The notes: generated by a model not told the origin, from the letters alone. A stretch of 32,505 bases of DNA from Candidatus Woesearchaeota archaeon (GCA_018221085.1 JAAOXZ010000033.1:1-32505), one strand, 5' to 3'. Numbered from the stretch's first letter, positions 1 to 7,393 are shown. Made by a program: numbers and translations.

Positions 1-818
1 CTACTAATATTTTAACCGATTCAGATAATTGTGGAGGTTGTGCTTCCGGTTTAATAGCTGGTGCCGAAACTTCAGGAGAAGTTTGTGCAGCAGACCAAGT
101 TTGTCAAGCTGGTGCCTGTGTAGATGAAGATATTGATGTTCAAGATGATGATACTGGTTCCGATGATAACGGAGGTTCTAGTGGTGGCGGCGGCGGATCT
201 TGCTTTTCCGATTGGTCTTGTGGTTACTGGTCCGCTTGTGGTATTGATTCCACTCAAACTCGTGTTTGTGAAGATTTAAGAAATTGTGTACGAACCGATA
301 AAATAGAAACTCAAGACTGTGTCGCTTGTATCGAATCCTGGGTGTGCACTTCCTGGTCAAGTTGTGTTGCTGGAAAACAATCTCGGCAATGTAGTGACGA
401 AAATATGTGCGGTTCTAGCGCTAGAAAACCAATCTTTCAAAAAGATTGTGGCTCTCCAGATATTGGATATACCCCTGCAGGAACTACTCCTTCCCAAGGA
501 GAACCAACCGAACCTTCCTTTTGGAGTCAATACTGGTTATGGATGTTACTTGCTTTACTTGTAATCTTAATCGCCGGAGGAATCTTCCTTTACTTTTACT
601 TTTGGAAACCTAAAGAAGGAGAAACTAACATCTCAGAATTAAAAACATGGGTTAAAGGTGCTATGGCTAAAGGTGCTACTAAGAAAAAAATTAGAGAAAC
701 CATTAAGAAACATGGTGAATGGTCTAATAAAGAATTAAGACATGTCTTTAGATCACTCAAGAAAGAAGCCAAGGCCGCCGTTAAGGCAGCTAAAATTAAG
801 GTTCCTAAACTTAAATAA
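1..818 (+). CDS. 5'-truncated Cys-rich membrane-anchored surface protein (DxxNCGGC Cys module, two TSP1-like WxCxxWSxC..QxRxC repeats, TM helix, basic cytoplasmic tail)
   Basis: The frame of track ORF 342..818 is open back to position 3 (TNILTDSDNCGGC...CAADQVCQAGAC...GGGGGSCFSDWSCGYWSAC..QTRVCEDLRNC..CIESWVCTSWSSC..QSRQCSDENMC). TM segment WLWMLLALLVILIAGGIFLYFYFW. Confidence 0.8.
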   Translation, partial: TNILTDSDNCGGCASGLIAGAETSGEVCAADQVCQAGACVDEDIDVQDDDTGSDDNGGSSGGGGGSCFSDWSCGYWSACGIDSTQTRVCEDLRNCVRTDKIETQDCVACIESWVCTSWSSCVAGKQSRQCSDENMCGSSARKPIFQKDCGSPDIGYTPAGTTPSQGEPTEPSFWSQYWLWMLLALLVILIAGGIFLYFYFWKPKEGETNISELKTWVKGAMAKGATKKKIRETIKKHGEWSNKELRHVFRSLKKEAKAAVKAAKIKVPKLK

Positions 819-1164
819 AACCTTTTTTTATTACTTTATTTCCAATTATTTCTTTTTCTCCTTCATATACTTCTACCGTACCTAAAATCTCCACATAATC
901 TCCTTCTATTAAATCTATTCCGCCATCTTTAAACAATACTACCTTTGTTTCTTCTATTTTTTCATTTAGAATTTCTAAAAAAACCACCGCTCCGTTCTCA
1001 GATACCTTACCTACCCTCCCACTTAGTTTAACTTCCTCTTCCTCATCAATATCTCCAATACTTTTAATGGATTCCAAATCAATTCCTGAAGAAATGAAGT
1101 ATAAGGCTACTAATCCTAACAAACCGACTATTAAAGAGACTTTTAACAAAGTTTTTTCTTCCAT
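811..1164 (-). CDS. Membrane-anchored OB-fold nucleic-acid-binding domain protein
   Basis: N-terminal hydrophobic helix, then OB-fold pattern VKLSGRV...VVLF...GDYVEILGTVEVYEGEKEI. Confidence 0.7.
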   Translation of the reverse strand: MEEKTLLKVSLIVGLLGLVALYFISSGIDLESIKSIGDIDEEEEVKLSGRVGKVSENGAVVFLEILNEKIEETKVVLFKDGGIDLIEGDYVEILGTVEVYEGEKEIIGNKVIKKGFI

Positions 1165-1217
1165 TCCAGACCAATTTTCGCATAAATTTATATACTTTCC
1201 TATCCAATCATATACCT
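1165..1217. promoter_or_regulatory. Divergent promoter with a central TATA (TTTATATA 1187-1194)
   Basis: TATA is 23 and 24 nt from the two divergent ATGs (1164 and 1218). Confidence 0.55.
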
Positions 1218-1409
1218 ATGACTGAAACAGAAGAACTAAAACAATTGAAAGAAGAACTTTTTCAATTAGAAAACAAAATGAGAACTTTAGAATGGGATTA
1301 CACTAGAGAGCAGATTAATCCTTATAAAAAACAAGTTTTCGAAGGCATGCTTAAAGAAAAAGACCAATTAGTCAGTAAAATTGAAGAATTAGACACTCCT
1401 GAAGAATAA
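1218..1409 (+). CDS. Small coiled-coil hypothetical protein
   Basis: 63 aa, heptad-like L/E/K pattern, TATA 24 nt upstream. Confidence 0.7.
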   Translation: MTETEELKQLKEELFQLENKMRTLEWDYTREQINPYKKQVFEGMLKEKDQLVSKIEELDTPEE

Positions 1410-2102
1410 TCACACTCGCTTAGCAATTTCTATCAACTTTTCCAGATTCCTTTCACAATCTTCAACAACATATTTTGCTGGATCCATCCCACAAGGCAAA
1501 GTTAACAAGTCTCCTCCTCGAAAATCCTTCACTTCTTCTGTTCTATTGACTCCCCAAGCAATTCTTTTATCGTTGCGATATTTATCATAAATTGTGATGT
1601 CTTCCTTAGAGGCATCGAAACTGATGATTTTAACCAGATCCGAATCAAATAATTGGTCCCAATTCATATTGCCGCATACATGAACGCCCGGAATGACATC
1701 AAAACTAGCAAATAACGGTTCCCACAATTCTTGATAATCAAAACCAACATATCCCAAGGAAGGTTCGTCTAAAAAAAGTATAATTTTCCCTACATCTAAG
1801 CCATTTACAATCTTAAAAATGTGTTCGTAAGATTTATCCACAGCTTCTTCAGCACTATAATCACTTCTAGGGTCAAAAAGTAATGTTGCCGGACCAACAC
1901 ATTGTATTTTAACAGTTCCATAACCTCGCACTGCTTCTTTCCATTCATCTAAACAACTCAGCTGACCCGGAGTTTTGATATATTCAAACATAGCTTCTCC
2001 TAGGTCCGGAAGTTCTGGTAGAAATGGGATATCGTGCCGCAAACTATACTCTACTGCCATCCGTACATCCTTGTAAGGCAAAGATCCAATTTGCGTTATC
2101 AT
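1410..2102 (-). CDS. Stand-alone (core) cobalamin-independent methionine synthase-like protein, URO-D/MetE fold
   Basis: N-terminal IGSLP, DIPFLPELP, LDEP, Zn ligands HVC (GVHVCG) and C-terminal PCG. Confidence 0.7.
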   Translation of the reverse strand: MITQIGSLPYKDVRMAVEYSLRHDIPFLPELPDLGEAMFEYIKTPGQLSCLDEWKEAVRGYGTVKIQCVGPATLLFDPRSDYSAEEAVDKSYEHIFKIVNGLDVGKIILFLDEPSLGYVGFDYQELWEPLFASFDVIPGVHVCGNMNWDQLFDSDLVKIISFDASKEDITIYDKYRNDKRIAWGVNRTEEVKDFRGGDLLTLPCGMDPAKYVVEDCERNLEKLIEIAKRV

Positions 2103-2117
2103 CTTTTTTTATTATAC

Positions 2118-2288
2118 TCAAAACAAAAATAATGAAACAACTATCAATAAGATTCCCAAAGCAATACAAGAGTAAGCGATTTGCTCTCCTAAGCCCATCT
2201 TTTTGAATTTTGCTGGGAATTCTTTAATCAAAGTCCATGAATTCTTAAAAAAAACATTTATTTTTGTCTTTAATTCTTTTACATTCAT
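2118..2288 (-). CDS. Small (56 aa) membrane protein not in the ORF track
   Basis: MNVKELKTKINVFFKNSWTLIKEFPAKFKKMGLGEQIAYSCIALGILLIVVSLFLF*. ATGA overlap with the rps6e stop; fills the intergenic gap; C-terminal TM helix. Confidence 0.75.
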   Translation of the reverse strand: MNVKELKTKINVFFKNSWTLIKEFPAKFKKMGLGEQIAYSCIALGILLIVVSLFLF

Positions 2289-2890
2289 TCTTTAACCTCT
2301 TTTTTCTCTTCTTTGGCTGGTTCCTTAGTAGGAGCTTCATCTTTTTTTGGCTCGCTTAGAGGCTTCGCCTCTGGCGTCCCAGAAGCTTCGCTTCTCAGGA
2401 CTTCTTTTTTCTCTTCTTTGTCTTTTTCTTTAGGCTCTTCCTTCTTTTCTTCCTTAGGTGCTTCTTTAGCTTCCTCTACCGGTTTAGCTTCTCCTTCAGC
2501 CGGAGCAACTTCTCCTAATTTTTCTTTCCCTTCTTTTAAAATCTTTAAATTAATTTGAACGGTACTGTTGCCAATTCTTTCTCCGCAAACAGTTTTTTTG
2601 ATTCTTAATCCTTTTCTTTTATTCTTATTTCGGTCTTTTCCAGAAAAACCCACTCCTTTCTTAGTTAGAGTAATCTTCTGTCTAGTTTGTAAAATTCCTT
2701 TTCTCATCGGAAAACCACATTTATCGGAACCGCCAGTTATTTCAAATTCATAACCTTCCATCCCAATATCTTTACCAGAAACCTTATCGCCAATACTTTT
2801 CTTTAATAATGCATTAGCTTCGTTATCTTTTATTACTTTTTGAAAACTTTTTCCGTCCTTCTTGGACAATACTAATTTAAATTCAGCCAT
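2285..2890 (-). CDS. rps6e: 30S ribosomal protein S6e with K/E/P/A-rich C-terminal tail
   Basis: FKLVLS..DGKSFQ, YEFEITGGSDKCGFPMR, KGLRIKKTVCG..QINLKI; SD GGAGG at 2903-2899. Confidence 0.95.
   Translation of the reverse strand: MAEFKLVLSKKDGKSFQKVIKDNEANALLKKSIGDKVSGKDIGMEGYEFEITGGSDKCGFPMRKGILQTRQKITLTKKGVGFSGKDRNKNKRKGLRIKKTVCGERIGNSTVQINLKILKEGKEKLGEVAPAEGEAKPVEEAKEAPKEEKKEEPKEKDKEEKKEVLRSEASGTPEAKPLSEPKKDEAPTKEPAKEEKKEVKE
2354..2401 (-). repeat. 48-nt palindromic (double GCGAAGC hairpin) element in-frame within rps6e
   Basis: AGAAGC-GAA-GCTTCT and AGAGGC-GAA-GCCTCT hairpins; 29/48 GC in AT-rich surroundings; interrupts EEKKE|EPK. Confidence 0.7.
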
Positions 2891-2898
2891 TTTATTTT

Positions 2899-2953
2899 CC
2901 TCCCGAGACCAAAGTTCTTATTAGAACACGCCCTTTGGGCCATCTCAGCATAT
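2899..2953 (-). promoter_or_regulatory. Structured 5' leader of rps6e
   Basis: CUGAGAU/GUCUCGG stem enclosing GCCC-AAA-GGGC and GUUCU-AAUA-AGAAC hairpins; TATA TTTATAAA at 2977-2984. Confidence 0.55.
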
Positions 2954-3075
2954 TTATACTTCAATTCCTTCTTTTATTTATAAAATATTCGTTTAATGAT
3001 TGAATTTTCCCCAAATTGAATAAAAAGTCTAAGTTTTTAGATATTTAATCAGAAGTAAATTGAAGACAAAATTAT

Positions 3076-3735
3076 CTATTTGAAAAATGAGACGGATTCT
3101 AACGCAAATTTTTCTCCATAACCATTTCCTAAAGCAAATTTTCTCACTTCTAATATTTCTTGAACCGGCCCAATTACAACGGCCGTGCACATACTTCCAG
3201 AACGACCCATCCAATGAACCTTATGCTGAACTTTTATATCTGATTTCAATTGATCTCCGTATCTGCTAGAAAGATAAGTCTGTAAATGTTCAGCAGAATT
3301 TTCAGTGAATCCCGCATGCCCAGCATGTGTTGCCATTGTTAAAGTTGCTTGTGTAATTCCTCTCGCTTCAACAACTTCAAAACTAGAACTCCCTAAATAA
3401 TCTTGAAGTTCTAAAATGTCTTCTGGTCTTGCTCTCACAACTAGTTCAGTTCCAATTCTTGGAGCAATATTTTCTCCGAACAATCGTTTCTTTCCTTTTG
3501 AAATAATCAATGAATTTCTATACAAAACATCAAAATCTCCAGAATCATAAATTAATTTAGAAAGTGTTTCTGGACTTCCATTCCCTGATTTTGCGTTCAC
3601 GGAGTCTTCAATTGATGTTTCTACAAGTCCTTTGATATGTTTTTCACTAAGCAAATGTTTTTGGAGATTTCTTTCTAATTCAGAAACCTCTTCCCAGGAT
3701 TGTGATTCTAAATTATAATACTTAATTAAAGCCAT
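3076..3735 (-). CDS. Hypothetical protein, possibly with ACT/NikR C-terminal-like domain(s)
   Basis: 219 aa ORF with upstream GAAAACC-TTATAAA promoter; HKVH..C..VVIG.VQEI segment. Confidence 0.6.
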   Translation of the reverse strand: MALIKYYNLESQSWEEVSELERNLQKHLLSEKHIKGLVETSIEDSVNAKSGNGSPETLSKLIYDSGDFDVLYRNSLIISKGKKRLFGENIAPRIGTELVVRARPEDILELQDYLGSSSFEVVEARGITQATLTMATHAGHAGFTENSAEHLQTYLSSRYGDQLKSDIKVQHKVHWMGRSGSMCTAVVIGPVQEILEVRKFALGNGYGEKFALESVSFFK

Positions 3736-3829
3736 TTTAAAAGTAAAAATAATTACTCATTTATAAGGTTTTCTACAATTAACTACTTAATAATAACGAC
3801 AAAAAGAATCGACAAATATTCAAGTCCTA

Positions 3830-4660
3830 TCAAACCAACACTTTCTTTTTTCCTTTGTTAAAATTAAGATGATTCTCTTTAGAAATCACTTTTCTGCCGG
3901 TTTCTTTCTCCAGTTCTAATCTGGCATTTCTTGCAATTGATCCGCCTTTTTTTGAATCCTGCTCTAATTGATGAAACTTCTTGGAACCATGAGTTTGAGT
4001 GATTTCTGTGGTTGCTTTTTCTCCAAGCATAGTGAAGATAAGTTCTAAATCGTTCATGTGATCTCTCAAGTTGGCTTTTGATTGTTTTGGAATGTTTTTG
4101 AAATCTTTATGCTGCATAATCCCCATTCCGAATGTTGCTTTGCTTATTTCATTAGTTAAAATTGCAAAGTCTCTTTTTTCTTTCACTCCTCGTCTTTGCC
4201 ACTCTTCTGTTAACTCTTGTCTTATAGCAATACCTCTTAGTCTTTTATCAATCCAATCTTTAGGATAACCTTTCAATTCATAATATTCTTTCACCCTATC
4301 TTGGGCCAGTTCTGGATTTTCTATTTCTTCGATTCTTTCCTGTCCTAGTTGAGATAACCATTGTTTGAATGGTTCAGCTCTTTTAGAAGGAATTGATTGG
4401 ATTATTCTAAAAATACCTTTAGTGTTGGTGCAATTCATTCGCTGTTTCCCGCCTTTTGTCTCAACCTCAAGGGTATGTACAATTTGTACCCACCCTTTGG
4501 AAAGCCACAAATCTCTGCTTTTCAATCTTTGAATGTATTGCTTTGGATCCTCGCTTTCAGTGATAGCAAATACCACATCTTCTATAACATAATACCAGTC
4601 ATTGTTGTACCATGTCCTCCGGATACGTTTATCTTCAAATACGATTAATTTATTTGTCAT
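3830..4660 (-). CDS. BRO-N domain (antirepressor-like) protein
   Basis: FEDKRIRRTW..DWYYVIEDVV, GGKQRM.C, FRIIQSIPSKRAEPFKQWL, YELKGYPKDWI, NLRDHMNDLELIFTMLGE. Confidence 0.9.
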   Translation of the reverse strand: MTNKLIVFEDKRIRRTWYNNDWYYVIEDVVFAITESEDPKQYIQRLKSRDLWLSKGWVQIVHTLEVETKGGKQRMNCTNTKGIFRIIQSIPSKRAEPFKQWLSQLGQERIEEIENPELAQDRVKEYYELKGYPKDWIDKRLRGIAIRQELTEEWQRRGVKEKRDFAILTNEISKATFGMGIMQHKDFKNIPKQSKANLRDHMNDLELIFTMLGEKATTEITQTHGSKKFHQLEQDSKKGGSIARNARLELEKETGRKVISKENHLNFNKGKKKVLV

Positions 4661-4725
4661 TTTTTACGCCTTCCTTCCTCTTCCAAACCTTTTAATTATC
4701 ACTTATGCAGTATTTTCCCCCAGTA

Positions 4726-5244
4726 TCAAACCAACACCTTTTTCTCTCCCGCATATAATCCCATATTATCCAGTTTCTCAAATTGGTCTTCGTTTAAGAT
4801 TACATAGGACAAATCCAGTCCTTTCTCTTTGATTTTCTCACAAACCTCTTTAACTTTCAAATTATCAATCTGATCTCCAATTAAAATCACATTGGCTTGA
4901 TTATTTTCCATTTTTCCATGCAATAATGCTTTTTTCAATCCGTTCATCCCACTAACATATTCCACAAACACATCCAGCAAACTTTCTTCTTTGAACCAGC
5001 CATCTAAAAAGCTACTTTTTTCATTTCGTACCAAACTAAAGAATTTCATCATCCCTACTTCTTTAACCCTAATCAATCCCGTTCCCATTAATTCTTGCAA
5101 TATCCTAAAAACAGACGAAACTGACACTTCGCTTTTTTTGGCCAACTCTCGCAAGTACATTTCATCTTTAGAAAAATACAGAGTCTTTAATACAGAAATC
5201 TTCTTGTGATCTAACAATCCCCTCAACACCTCTTTCTCTACCAT
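4726..5244 (-). CDS. Winged-HTH protein with degenerate nucleotidyltransferase-like C-terminal domain
   Basis: MYLRELAKKSEVSVSSVFRILQELMGTGLI HTH plus wing; C-terminal LLHG...ANVILIG lacks the catalytic DxD. Confidence 0.75.
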   Translation of the reverse strand: MVEKEVLRGLLDHKKISVLKTLYFSKDEMYLRELAKKSEVSVSSVFRILQELMGTGLIRVKEVGMMKFFSLVRNEKSSFLDGWFKEESLLDVFVEYVSGMNGLKKALLHGKMENNQANVILIGDQIDNLKVKEVCEKIKEKGLDLSYVILNEDQFEKLDNMGLYAGEKKVLV

Positions 5245-5274
5245 TCGCTAAAGAAAAACAAATTATTATTTAAT

Positions 5275-5311
5275 TGTTTCGTTTCTGAAACATTGTTTCA
5301 TATTTAAAACA
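5275..5311. promoter_or_regulatory. Tandem palindromic operator TGTTTC-N6-(G/A)AAACA x2
   Basis: 5275-5292 is perfect, 5294-5311 has one mismatch; lies between the divergent wHTH and nitroreductase genes. Confidence 0.65.
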
Positions 5312-5356
5312 TAACTAACAGTTAAATATAAATAATCTAAAATTATTCCTAAAAAA

Positions 5357-5995
5357 ATGGATGTTATTGATACTATAAAATCTCGCAGAACTATTAAAGA
5401 ATTCCTTCCCGAATTTGTCAGCTGGGATAAAATATCTAAAATTCTTGATGCTGCCAGACACGCCCCTAGTTGCGGTAACGTTCAAAATTGGAAATTTGTT
5501 GTCGTGATAGAAACCGAGGTTAAACAACAATTAGCCGAAGCTGCCTTGCAGCAATATGAGATTCTTAATGCTCCTGTTTTAATTGTTGTCTGCGCTGAAC
5601 CAGAAAAAGCCGGACGTTATTATGGCGAAAGAGGAGAACACTTATTTAGTATTCAAAATTGTGCTAGTGCCACTCAAAATATGCTCTTAGAAGCTCATTC
5701 TTTAGGTTTGGGAGCTAGATGGATTGGGGGCTTTGAAGAAGAGATGGTTAAACGTATTTTAAGCCTTCCTGAAGAAGTCCAGCCCCAAGTTATCGTCGCT
5801 ATAGGTCATCCTAAAGAAGTCCCCGCTAAACCCCCTAAAATGCCTTTAGAATCCTTAGTATACTTCAATACCTGGCGTAATCGTCTTCGAGATCCCACTA
5901 AATACATGGGAGATTATTCTGCGATCATCAAACGGAAGCTACACACCACCAAAGAAGCCATTAAAAAACCATTTCTCGTCGATAAAAAAGAATAA
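5357..5995 (+). CDS. Nitroreductase family protein
   Basis: IKSRRTIKEF, ARHAPSCGNVQNWKF, QNMLLEAHSLGLGARWIGGF, AIGHP. Confidence 0.93.
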   Translation: MDVIDTIKSRRTIKEFLPEFVSWDKISKILDAARHAPSCGNVQNWKFVVVIETEVKQQLAEAALQQYEILNAPVLIVVCAEPEKAGRYYGERGEHLFSIQNCASATQNMLLEAHSLGLGARWIGGFEEEMVKRILSLPEEVQPQVIVAIGHPKEVPAKPPKMPLESLVYFNTWRNRLRDPTKYMGDYSAIIKRKLHTTKEAIKKPFLVDKKE

Positions 5996-6075
5996 ATCGC
6001 GGGAAGTATATTCTGCAATATATATTTTAAAAGTGAGAAATATTTAAATATAAAATATGCTTTTCTAAAAATTAT

Positions 6076-6199
6076 AAATTAGTTTGTTCAGTTAAGGGTT
6101 AGATTCACAAGACTTAGTTCGTCTTAGATAAATTAGTTCTCGTAGTTAGTAATATATTAGTTCGGGTTAAATTAGTTCAATGAGGGATAAACGAACTAG
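6076..6199 (+). repeat. Array of TTAGTTC short repeats upstream of ftsZ
   Basis: TTAGTTC at 6114, 6133, 6157, 6172; degenerate AAATTAGTTT at 6076; inverted GAACTAG at 6193-6199. Confidence 0.7.
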
Positions 6200-6275
6200 C
6201 TATATAAATCTTTATATGCTATAGTATATAAAACTCAACAAAAAATAAAAAACAAAAAACGAGAGGTGGTGTAAA

Positions 6276-7337
6276 ATGGATTTGCTTATTGAAAAAGCGA
6301 TGGAGAACCAAGAGGAAGTATATGACCAAGTGTGTCAAGCTAACATAAAAATTGTTGGCGTGGGTGGAGCTGGAAATAATATGGTGGGCTGGCTCTATAA
6401 AAAAGGAATTAAAGGTGCAGAGATTATTGCTACCAATACGGACCAACAACATTTAACCATTACTGGTGCGGATAGAAAATTCCTTATCGGTAAAGACCTT
6501 ACCCGAGGTTTAGGTTGTGGTGGTTTTCCTAACCGAGGAGCAGAAGCTGCTCAAGAAAACTTAACGGAAATTAAAGACACTCTGAAATCTTCAGACATGG
6601 TTTTTATTTGTGCTGGAATGGGAGGAGGAACTGGAACTGGTGCTGCCCCTGTTGTCGCTCAAGTAGCTAAAGACGCTGGTGCTATAGTTATTGGTACTGT
6701 TACTATGCCCTTTAGCATTGAACGAGCCAGAGTTGATAAAGCTGAATTTGGTCTACAACAATTAAGACAAGTTTCTGATACAGTTATTGTTATTGATAAC
6801 AATCGACTAGTTCAAATTGCTGGAAACTTGCCGGTTCAACAAGCTTTTGCTGTAGCTAATGAATTAATTGCTACTATGATCAAAGGAATCGTTGAAACCA
6901 TTGCTGTACCTAGCTTAGTAAACTTAGACTATGCTGATGTTAAAGCCATTATGACTAACGGCGGAGTAGCTGCTATTGGTGTGGGTAGTTCCGATACTAA
7001 TAGTAGAGTAGATGAAGCTGCTAAAGGTGCTTTGAGTAATCCTTTACTAGATATCAACTACGAAGGTGCTACTGGAGCCTTAATTCATGTTACTGGCGGA
7101 CCAGATATGACTTTAGATGAAATCTCTAGAGTTGGAGAATTAGTAACTGCATCTTTGGATGCTGAAGCTAACGTTATCTGGGGAGCTCGGATTGACAACG
7201 ACATGAAAGGTAAAATGGTTGTTATGACAATCATCACCGGTGTTAACTCTCCTTGGATCTTGGGAAAAAGTAGTGGAAAACAACCCAGTACTGAAGCCCA
7301 AACCTTAAGCAAGGAATTAGGTATCGAGTTAATCTAG
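6276..7337 (+). CDS. ftsZ: Cell division protein FtsZ (FtsZ2-like)
   Basis: GVGGAGNN, GMGGGTGTG tubulin signature, ERAR, DNNRL..NLP, NLDYAD, ANVIWGARI; SD GAGGTGG. Confidence 0.97.
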   Translation: MDLLIEKAMENQEEVYDQVCQANIKIVGVGGAGNNMVGWLYKKGIKGAEIIATNTDQQHLTITGADRKFLIGKDLTRGLGCGGFPNRGAEAAQENLTEIKDTLKSSDMVFICAGMGGGTGTGAAPVVAQVAKDAGAIVIGTVTMPFSIERARVDKAEFGLQQLRQVSDTVIVIDNNRLVQIAGNLPVQQAFAVANELIATMIKGIVETIAVPSLVNLDYADVKAIMTNGGVAAIGVGSSDTNSRVDEAAKGALSNPLLDINYEGATGALIHVTGGPDMTLDEISRVGELVTASLDAEANVIWGARIDNDMKGKMVVMTIITGVNSPWILGKSSGKQPSTEAQTLSKELGIELI

Positions 7338-7355
7338 GGAAAAAGAGGCGATAGA

Positions 7356-7393
7356 AAAAAGGGCTTCTGCCCTTTTTATTTTTTATTTTTTTT
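7356..7393 (+). terminator. Hairpin plus U-tract terminator after ftsZ
   Basis: AAAAAGGGC-TTCT-GCCCTTTTT followed by long T runs. Confidence 0.7.

Noticed and set aside
72-564. Short ORFs 72..257, 178..360 and 319..564
   Set aside because: They overlap the long Cys-rich frame that begins before the window.
2123-2267. Nested inverted repeats upstream of the MetE-like gene, considered as a SAM-type riboswitch
   Set aside because: The region is fully explained by a 56-aa ORF coupled to rps6e, and I see no riboswitch consensus.
6076-6199. Possible CRISPR array
   Set aside because: Repeats are only 7-10 nt with short irregular spacers, and there are no cas genes.
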